A stretch of DNA of 64,000 nt. Origin: Octopus sinensis (lineage: Eukaryota). The notes under the pieces are model-generated. The model searched no databases, had not been told where the DNA came from, and was given only the letters and a program-made list of their open reading frames with translations. Positions 54,501-64,000 of this stretch are shown here, piece by piece. The position numbers and the translations under genes were made by a program. The stretch covers positions 12,338,001 to 12,402,000 of the forward strand of contig NC_043023.1 in assembly GCF_006345805.1 (NCBI RefSeq), in the 5' to 3' direction. Every line of letters starts with the position of its first letter. The first letter of the stretch is position 1.

Positions 54501-56379
54501 GCACAAACAGGGACATGGATTAAGTCGACTACACCAACCCCAGTGAGTAACTGGTACTTTATTTATCGACTCCAATAGGATGTAAGGCAAAGTCGACCTC
54601 GGTGGAATTTGAACTCAGAACGTAACACCAGATGAAATACATTTCCCCGGTGTGCTGACGTTTTTGCCAGCTCAACTCAACCTTAGGCTACTACATATAT
54701 ATATATATATAAATCATCATCATTGTTTTGCATCCGCTTTCCATGCTAGCATGGGTTGGACAGTTCAACTGGGGTCTTGGAAACCAGAAGGCTGTGCTGG
54801 GCCCAGTCTGATCTGGCAGTGTTTCTACGGCTGGATGCCAACCACTCCGTGAGTGTAGTGGGTGCCTTTTACATGCCACCTGCACAGGTGCCAGACGAGG
54901 CTGGCAACCGGCCTTTGTCAGATGCTGCCTTTTACATACCACCGGCACAGGGGCTAGACGAGGCTGGCAATGGCCACAATCGGATGGTGCATTTTACGTG
55001 CCACCGGCACGGAGGCCAGTCGAGGCGTCGCTGGCAACGGCCACGTTCGGATGGTCCTCTTACGTGCCATTGGCACTGGTATCACAGCTACAATTTCCAT
55101 TGATGTTGATCGATTTCGATTTTGATTTTCACTTGCCTCAACAGGTCGTCACAAGTAGGGTTTGTGTCACAAGAAGGAAAGGTATGCATAAGTGGGCTGG
55201 CTACGTCCCAGGTAGAAGACACCAGAATGTATATCTATATGTATTTGGGTATGTGTCTGTGTCTTTTTTTTTCACCTGCCACGGGCTTAACCATTGGTAC
55301 TGGTGTGATTATCTCACAGTAACTACGGATTAGTAAAAGTCACCAATAAAATTAGTACTAGACTTACAAAGACTAAGTCTTGAGGTCGATTTCTTCCACT
55401 AACACCCTTGAAGAAGGTGCTCCAGCATGGCCTCAGTCAAATGATTGAAACATGTTAAAGAATAAAAGATTGCACATAAATTTCAGGAGCAAATAGAAAC
55501 AAGGCATTTGAATAACATGACCACCCCCGTAGAGTTGGGGATTCCATACCTGTACTTTAACAGTGTGTAAGGACATGTAACATCAGCATCAAAAGGGTCA
55601 CCAAGTCCCCAGGTGACAAAAAAATCCCACAACAGGGAGGTGGCCAGTTAGTATTGAACGGGTGTGCCATTGTGCCAGTTGAGAGATTTAAGGTATAGAG
55701 GAGACAGTGTCTAGATATTGAGTAACAAAACAAACACAAAATGGTCTAACTTTTATTCTGATTTTTTATTCATTATTCTTTTCTAGCAAATTCCTCAAAA
55801 TCCAAACGCAGGCATTTTTAGCAATCAAGTTAACTCAGAGTCAATATTTTTACAGATTATGACAGGTTTGGCGTTCACACTGACGGTATTCAAATTGATG
55901 ATGGGAAAAACCCTGAAGGACAGCTGACAAAACAGACTTCATTGTTGTAATGTTTTAATAAATCCTGGCATTGGTACAGTTACAATTGTTGTGAATACCC
56001 AGGTGGATGGATGTAGCTTTTTTCAAGAGAATGGTTTAGCACAGATGTCACTCTGACCTGGCTTCTCTCCTGTAGGAATGTATTCATTTACAGTTAAGTC
56101 TATGAGAGAATGATTTACAATAGATATGACCATGATGTAGATTTTGTGTGGTATGAAAATGTGCATTCGCAAGAGAATGATTTACCTCAGGTGTCACAAT
56201 GATAATGGCTTCTCTCCAGCATGAATACGTTTGTTACTAGTTAAATCACAATTTGCAGAGAATGATTTATCACAGATATCACAGTGACATGGTTTTTCCC
56301 TCGTATGAATGTATCTGAAATTCGTTAAATGATAATTTTGAGAAAATGATTCATCACAGATATCACAATGGTATGGCTT

Positions 56380-57429
56380 TTATCCTGTATGTGTATATTC
56401 ATGCCGAGTCAAGCTACTCCTACGCGAGAATGATTTATCACAGATATCACAATTATATAGCTTTTCTCCTGTATGTGTACGTTTGTGTCTAGTCAAAAGA
56501 CTCCTACGCGAAAATGATTTATCACAGACATTACAATGATAAGGCTTTTCTCCCGTATGTGTGCGTTTGTGTTCAGTCAAGGTACCTCTTTGAGAGAATG
56601 ATTTACCACAGATATCACAATGATATGGCTTTTCTCCTGTATGTGTATATTTGTGATGAGTCAAGGTATTCTTAAAAGAGAATGATTTACCACAGATATC
56701 ACAATGATATGGCTTTTCTCCTGTATGTGTATATTCATGCCGAGTCAAGGTACTCTTTTGAGAGAATGATTTACCACAGATATCACAATGATATGGCTTT
56801 TCTCCTGTATGTGTATATTTGTGATGAGTCAAGCTATTCCTTTGAGAGAATAATTTACCACAGATATCACAATGATATGGCTTTCCTCCTGTATGTGTAT
56901 ATTTGTGTTCAGCCAAGGTATTCTTAAAAGAGAATGATTTACCACAGATATCACAGTGGTAAGGCTTTTCTCCTGTATGTGTACGATTGTGTACAGTCAA
57001 GTTACTCCTTCGAGGGAATGATTTACCACAGATATCACAATGATATGGCTTTTCTCCTGTATGTGTAAGTTTGTGGCGAGTCAAGTCAGTACGTTTAGAG
57101 AATGATTTACCACAGATATCACAATGATATGGTTTTTCTCCAGCATGTGTACATTTGTGTCTAGTTACGTCTGAACTGCGAGAGAATGATTTACCACAGA
57201 TATCACATTGAAATGGCTTTTCTCCCATGTGTGTATATTTGTGTTTAGTCAAGGTACTGCTGTCAGAAAATGATTTATCACAGATATCACAATGATAAGG
57301 CCTTTCTCCTGTATGTGTACGTTTGTGTCTAGTCACCTTCGGACTTTGAGAGAATGATTTACCACAGATATCACAGAAATATTGTTTCTCTCTTGTATCT
57401 GGGTCTTTTGGTTTAATTGAATTATTCAT
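56380..57429 (-). CDS. C2H2 zinc-finger protein, 12 fingers
   Basis: ORF 56380-57459; [11 protein letters not shown] ~57429; acceptor at 57823-57824. Confidence 0.9.
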   Translation of the reverse strand: MNNSIKPKDPDTREKQYFCDICGKSFSQSPKVTRHKRTHTGERPYHCDICDKSFSDSSTLTKHKYTHMGEKPFQCDICGKSFSRSSDVTRHKCTHAGEKPYHCDICGKSFSKRTDLTRHKLTHTGEKPYHCDICGKSFPRRSNLTVHNRTHTGEKPYHCDICGKSFSFKNTLAEHKYTHTGGKPYHCDICGKLFSQRNSLTHHKYTHTGEKPYHCDICGKSFSQKSTLTRHEYTHTGEKPYHCDICGKSFSFKNTLTHHKYTHTGEKPYHCDICGKSFSQRGTLTEHKRTHTGEKPYHCNVCDKSFSRRSLLTRHKRTHTGEKLYNCDICDKSFSRRSSLTRHEYTHTG

Positions 57430-59569
57430 TATGACAGAATAATTTATTATACATATCACAATAATAATGTTTCCTTCATCTCTATAAACATCTTTGTTTT
57501 CAGTTCCAGAAAAGAATTTGAAGCTGTGTTTCTTTCTTCTGTGATCTTAATTAATATCTAAATCAGCAGGTGAAAATCGTCAACTCTTTTGTAAAGGTAT
57601 CCAACCTTAATTAACCTGTAAGGCAATCACTTCGTCAACATTCCAAACAGTGAAGACAAGAAAAAATATTGTATTCTTAGATTGTATTCATATAAATTTT
57701 GATGTATTGATGAATGCTGCTGATAAATTATGTCATCTTGCTTTAGTTGATGAAACGACATCAAAATATGAAAGGCACATCTGAATGAAGAAGTTTCTTG
57801 TGGGTCAACATAAGGTGATATTCTGAAATAGGAAAAGAAACATCAAGATAAAGAGAATAGTTAAATGATACACTAATTCAACGTTGCAAAATTTAACATT
57901 GTCATCCATTAAATGTTTTTAGGGGTCAGAGTTCCTTGAGGCATTGAAAGACTGGCATAATGACAAGCTCTACACCCTAAATTTGTTTTCTCATGCCAAT
58001 CAAAAGAAAATCAATATTTGGGAGCAACTTCGGTATAGGTACCGGATACATTTCAAAAAAATGTTTTTTTTTATATATATGGGGGGTTAGTGTTAGGGGT
58101 GGGAGAAAAGAGTTTCTGTTATCCTCTGAAATGTAAACAAAGCCACTTCCGGTACCTATAACGAAGGATCGTAAATGTTTGATATACCCAAAACGAGGAA
58201 TCATATTTTCTCAACGTTGCTATGTTCTTAATTCTATGTGATGACTGTAACTTTGAAGGGTTCATATAATCCTACAGAGAGGGAAAGAATTCATGACTCA
58301 ATTATTAGTCATCTTTCCTAGCATGCTTCGTTTATTATTTAAATTTACTATTTTATTTCTTAATAAGTGTATTAATGAATAATAATATATTAAATAAATT
58401 TAACGAACAAGGGAGACATGGATTCTGGTCAACCGTGTATTATATAGAGGAAGAATCCTTTGCTTATCGGACAAAATGCTCAACAGCATCTCGTTCTTCT
58501 ACAGTTTGGTTAAGCGGCATTTAATCGTTTTTCAGTCTCAGACTCGTCAAGATTCTTTTGTTAGTTTCAGTGAGCACGAGAGCACGTGTTGTCAGCCCTA
58601 AATTAATGAAATATCATCAGTAATACGGCTTTTTTGACATCGATCTCGTTTTCTTCTTAGAAATTTACATACACAAATGAAGCAGGTAAGAAGGAACCCT
58701 AGCCGCATACACACACATACACAGAAATGCATACATACATCTATATAACTTGGACATTATAAATATGCAAGGCTTTTCTCAAGTTTAAACTGCCACATTG
58801 ATTTTGTTATCTACATTCCACACAAATACAGAGAAGAAATATGTATGTGCATCGAGAGAGCATTATTAGTGATAATATTTCATGTGTTTATAGTTGACAG
58901 CATGTGCTATAACGAAAGGGGGACCAACGAATGAACCTTCACAAAAGGATGTTTAGCATAGAAGTTCGTGAGGAAAAATTGAATTTGTTATTTCAAAAGG
59001 ATTATATTTTCCTCAAAGTTATGAGGGAAAAACATCGGATTTTCCGAAGTCCTCTCCTGACCCCATCGCAAAAGATTTTCCCCACAAATTTCTTTATAAT
59101 CGTGACCTATACCGTTTGAAACGTATTTATATAAAATTTCATTTACAAAAAAAAAGGCTATTTTCCTCAAAGTTACGAGGGAAAACCTTCGGATCTTGTC
59201 AATTTTCCGAAGGCCTCTCACCCTAATTGCTTTCTGCACATTTTTCTCTTCAGATCCCTTTTCTACCCCTTTTTCTTTTATACCCGTTGCACTATTTCTT
59301 TTTCTCGATTTCCTCTCCGGGTAACAACGTCAACCTTACCCTTAAAATATCCTTTATACCCCATGTAACAGTGGATTCTAGGTTCCCATAAACCACAGAT
59401 CAACATTTCAGTTTGGAAGTTCTTCAGACCAACAAATCTATTTTCCTAATTGTTGTCAGGTTCCCGTTTCCAAATAATTACTCAAACATCCAGAGAAGTT
59501 CACAGAAATCTATTATCTTCCATTATCATTAGTAGTATTATTATCATGATTACAGCCTTAAAGGAAATC

Positions 59570-59725
59570 TTGATCAACTTACCCGATCCAGATATAAACA
59601 ACGAGTCAGTGATCAGTAATTAATCAACGTAATTAAGAATTTAATTGGCGCGAAGATCAAGTGCTGCTGGAGTTGTTTCCCCTTACATAATTATATTACA
59701 TGACTTCTCCTATAGATGGCGCTAC
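59570..59725 (-). promoter_or_regulatory. CTCF-like motif plus first-exon donor cassette
   Basis: CCTATAGATGGCGCT at 59709-59723; ACTTAC at 59577-59582. Confidence 0.5.
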
Positions 59726-61304
59726 TCACTGGGGTCAATTTTGATTCTTTCACCCGCAAAATTTTCAATGAGAAAAAAAAAAAATTACGGGTTTTTTACA
59801 GGGTATCAAATATCCTGACCCTTAATATGCTGCAAACCCATCATTTTTGCTCGGAAAAAAGGGTTGGGTGAGAAACTACACCCCATCCCGGAATCACTTG
59901 AATTTTTTTCTTTTTATTGAATGAATTCTGGTGACCTCTTATTATTCCACAAAACCTCTTTCTTTGTGGTTCGGAAGACGGGATGGGGTCTGGTGGAAGC
60001 CTCAGAAATGTCAGCCAACCCGCCACACCAATATTTTTCGCTGTTTCTTTCTCTACCCATTTTTTTTAGATAACATTTGGCAGAAATGTTTTCAAGAGGG
60101 TGTGGATTACATTAAATTGAAAATTGAAAGAAGTTTGAAATAAATAAGTGAAAAATGCAGAACTTATAGAAGTTCGAGTGGTACCGAAGTCAGTGGAGAG
60201 ATAAATAAGGATAAATAATTAATCTAAAGAGAAATGCACGTTAGTTTGTGTATGAAACAACTGAACGTATAATATAAAAATACACATGTAAACACATATA
60301 TATAATATATATAGATATATAAATCAGTAGGAGACTTAGTATCGGCCCTTGCCTTTCCCTTGGATAACACTGGTGACGTGGAGAGGAGAGGCTGGTATGC
60401 ATGGGCGACTGCTGGTCTTCCATAAAGACAACCTTGCCCAGACTTGTGCCGCAGAGGGGAACTCTCAAAGTGCAAGCCCATGGTCAGTGTCTGACCGAAG
60501 AGGGTCTCACACACACAGACTAGACTCACAAAAGACTAGGTCTTGGGACTGATTTCTGCCACTAACACCCTTGAAGGTGGTACTCCAGCATGGCCTCAGT
60601 CAAATGACTGAAACAAGTAAAAGACTATGGAAACAAGGCATTTGAATAACACAGTTAATAGCAGCCCTTTAACAGTGTGTAAGGACATGTAACATCAGCA
60701 TCAAAAGGGTCACCAAGTCCCCAGGTGACAAAAAAATCCCACAACAAGGAGGTGGCCAGTTAGTATTGAACGGGTGTGCCATTGTGCCAGTTGAGAGATT
60801 TAAGGTATAGAGGAGACAGGTCCAGATATTGAGTAACAAAACAAAGACAAAATGGTCTAACTTTTATTCTGATTTTTTATTCATTATTCTTTTCTAGCAA
60901 ATTCCTCAAAATCCAAACACAGGCATTTTTAGCAATCAAGTTAACTCAGAGTCAATATTTTCACAGATTATGACAGGTTTGAGTTTCACACTGATGGTAT
61001 TCAAATTGATGATGGGAAAAACCCTGAATGACAGCTGACAAAACAGACTTCATTGTTGTAATGTTTTAATAAATCCTGGCATTGGTACAGTTACAATTGT
61101 TGTGAATACCCAGGTGGATGGATGTAGCTTTTTTCAAGAGAATGGTTTAGCACAGATGTCACTCTGACCTGGCTTCTCTCCTGTAGGAATGTATTCATTT
61201 ACAGTTAAGTCTATGAGAGAAGGATTTACAATAGATTTGACCATGATGTAGATTTTGTGTGGTATGAAAATGTACATTTGCAAGAGAATGATTTACCTCA
61301 GGTG

Positions 61305-62288
61305 TCACAATGATAATGGCTTTTCTCCAGCATGAATACGTTTGTTACTAGTTAAATCACAATTTGCAGAGAATGATTTATCACAGATATCACAATTATA
61401 TAGCTTTTCTCCTGTATGTGTATATTCATGCCGAGTCAAGGTACTCTTTTGAGAGAATGATTTACCACAGATATCACAATGATAAGGTTTTTCTCCTGTA
61501 TGTGTATATTTGTGATGAGTCAAGCTATTCCTTTGAGAGAATAATTTACCACAGATATCACAATGATATGGCTTTCCTCCTGTATGTGTATATTTGTGTT
61601 CAGCCAAGGTATTCTTAAAAGAGAATGATTTACCACAGATATCACAGTGGTAAGGCTTTTCTCCTGTATGTGTACGATTGTGTACAGACAAGTTACTCCT
61701 TCGAGAGAATGATTTACCACAAATATCACAATGATATGGCTTTTCTCCTGTATGTGTAAGTTTGTGGCGAGTCAAGTCATTACGTTTAGAGAATGATTTA
61801 CCACAGATATCACAATGATAAGGCCTTTCTCCCGTATGTGTGCGTTTGTGTTCAGTCAAGGCACCTCTTTGAGAGAATGATTTACAACAAATATCACACT
61901 GATATAGCTTTTCTCCTGTATGTGTATATTTGTGATGAGTCAAGTTACTACTTTCAGAGAATGATTTACCACAGATATTACAATGATAAGGCTTTTCTCC
62001 TGTATGTGTATATTTGTGATGAGTCAATTTACTCATTTGAGAGAATGATTTACCACAGATATCACATTGAAATGGCTTTTCTCCCATGTGTGTATATTTG
62101 TGTTTAGTCAAGATACTGCTGTCAGAAAATGATTTATCGCAGATATCACAATGATAAGGCCTTTCTCCTGTATGTGTACGTTTGTGTCTAGGCACCTTCG
62201 AACTTTGAGAGAATGATTTACCACAGATATCACAGAAATATTGTTTCTCTCTTGTATCTGGGTCTTTTGGTTTAATTGAATTATTCAT
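61305..62288 (-). CDS. C2H2 zinc-finger protein, 10 fingers plus 1 degenerate finger
   Basis: ORF 61305-62318; ends SANCDLTSNKRIHAGEKPLSL; acceptor at 62682-62683. Confidence 0.88.
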   Translation of the reverse strand: MNNSIKPKDPDTREKQYFCDICGKSFSQSSKVPRHKRTHTGERPYHCDICDKSFSDSSILTKHKYTHMGEKPFQCDICGKSFSQMSKLTHHKYTHTGEKPYHCNICGKSFSESSNLTHHKYTHTGEKLYQCDICCKSFSQRGALTEHKRTHTGERPYHCDICGKSFSKRNDLTRHKLTHTGEKPYHCDICGKSFSRRSNLSVHNRTHTGEKPYHCDICGKSFSFKNTLAEHKYTHTGGKPYHCDICGKLFSQRNSLTHHKYTHTGEKPYHCDICGKSFSQKSTLTRHEYTHTGEKLYNCDICDKSFSANCDLTSNKRIHAGEKPLSL

Positions 62289-63449
62289 TATGACAGAATA
62301 ATTTATTATACATATCACAATAATAATGTTTCCTTCATCTCTATAAACATCTTTGTTTTCAGTTCCAGAAAAGAATTTGAAGCTGTGTTTCTTTCTTCTG
62401 TGATCTTAATTAATATCTAAATCAGCAGGTGAAAATCGTCAACTCTTTTGTAAAGGTATCCAACCTTAATTAACCTGTAAGGCAATCACATCGTCAACAT
62501 TCCAAACAGTGAAGACAAGAAAAAATATTGTATTCTTAGATTGTATTCATATAAATTTTGATGTATTGATGAATGCTGCTGATAAATTATGTCATCTTGC
62601 TTTAGTTGATGAAACGACATCAAAATATGAAAGGCACATCTGAATGAAGAAGTTTCTTGTGGGTCAACATAAGGTGATATTCTGAAATAGGAAAAGAAAC
62701 ATCAAGATAAAGAGAATAGTTAAATGATACACTAATTCAACGTTGCAAAATTTAACATTGTCATCCATTAAATGTTTTTAGGGGTCAGAGTTCCTTGAGG
62801 CATTGAAAGACTTGCATAATGACAAGCTCTACACCCTAAATTTGTTTTCTCATGCCAATCAAAAGAAAATCAATATTTGGGAGTAACTTCGGTATAGGTA
62901 CCGGATACATTTCAAAAAAATGTTTTTTTTTATATATATGGGGGGTTAGTGTTAGGGGTGGGAGAAAAGGGTTTCTGTTATCCTCTGAAATGTAAACAAA
63001 GCCACTTCCGGTACCTATAACGAAGGATCGTAAATGTTTGATATACCGAAAACGAGGAATCATATTTTCTCAACGTTGCTATGTTCTTAATTCTATGTGA
63101 TGACTGTAACTTTCTGCACATTTTTCTCTTCAGATCCCTTTTCTACCCCTTTTTCTTTTATACCCGTTGCACTATTTCTTTTTCTCCATTTCCTCTCCGG
63201 GTAACAACGTCAACCTTACCCTTAAAATATCCTTTATACCCCATGTAACAGTGGATTCTAGGTTCCCATAAACCACAGATCAACATTTCAGTTTGGAAGT
63301 TCTTCAGACCAACAAATCTATTTTCCTAATTGTTGTCAGGTTCCCGTTTCCAAATAATTACTCCAACATCCAGAGAAGTTCACAGAAATCTATTATCTTC
63401 CATTATCATTAGTAGTATTATTATCATGATTACAGCCTTAAAGGAAATC

Positions 63450-63605
63450 TTGATCAACTTACCCGATCCAGATATAAACAACGAGTCAGTGATCAGTAAT
63501 TAATCAACGTAATTAAGAATTTAATTGGCGCGAAGATCAAGTGCTGCTGGAGTTGTTTCCCCTTACATAATTATATTACATGACTTCTCCTATAGATGGC
63601 GCTAC
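63450..63605 (-). promoter_or_regulatory. CTCF-like motif plus first-exon donor cassette
   Basis: CCTATAGATGGCGCT at 63589-63603; ACTTAC at 63457-63462. 63113-64000 duplicates 59233-60120. Confidence 0.5.
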
Positions 63606-64000
63606 TCACTGGGGTCAATTTTGATTCTTTCACCCGCAAAATTTTCAAGGAAAAAAAAAAAAATTACGGGTTTTTTACGGGGAATCAAATACCCTGACCC
63701 TTAATATGCTGCAAGCCCATCATTTTTGCTCGGAAAAAAGGGTTGGGTGAGAAACTACACCCCATCCCGGAATCACTTGAATTTTTTTCTTTTTATTGAA
63801 TGAATTCTGGTGACCTCATATTATTCCACAAAACCCCTTTCTTTGTGGTTCGGAAGACGGGATGGGGTCTGGTGGAAGCCTCAGACATTTCAGCCAACCT
63901 GCCACCCCAATATTTTTCGCTGTTTCTTTCTCTACCCATTTTTTTTTAGATAACATTTGGCAGAAATGTTTTCAAGAGAGTGTGGATTACATTAAATTGA

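Larger units (their letters stand above)
59040..62870. repeat. Direct segmental duplication of ~32090-35680
   Basis: Offset ~26955 (e.g. 32976/59931, 33394/60349); finger content of the included gene differs. Confidence 0.9.

Overview
AT-rich, repeat-dense eukaryotic DNA, most likely an octopus-type (coleoid cephalopod) genome. This is inferred from the [16 protein letters not shown] finger style and the SINE families, not from a database search. The window is a tandem cluster of C2H2 zinc-finger genes, each with one coding exon. There are 8 near-complete copies: 13.9k+, 21.3k+, 29-31k-, 34.5k-, 42.5k-, 49.7k+, 56.4k- and 61.3k-. A 5'-truncated copy lies at 27.9k- and a decayed remnant at 0.3k+. 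The cluster was built by recent inverted and direct segmental duplications: 19301-25991 vs 38997-45688 inverted, ~19753-28330 vs ~50675-59040 inverted, and ~32090-35680 vs ~59040-62870 direct. Paralogs differ mainly by whole 84-bp finger gain, loss and shuffling. Six of the eight genes have a conserved sense-oriented upstream cassette: a CTCF-like motif ~125 bp before a GTAAGT donor, with a conserved acceptor ahead of the coding exon. The rest is tRNA-SINEs, Nin/Deu-type SINE arrays, RTE and CR1 LINE fragments, non-autonomous Helitrons, GG-ended MITEs and microsatellites. All alignments were done by eye, so boundaries are approximate.
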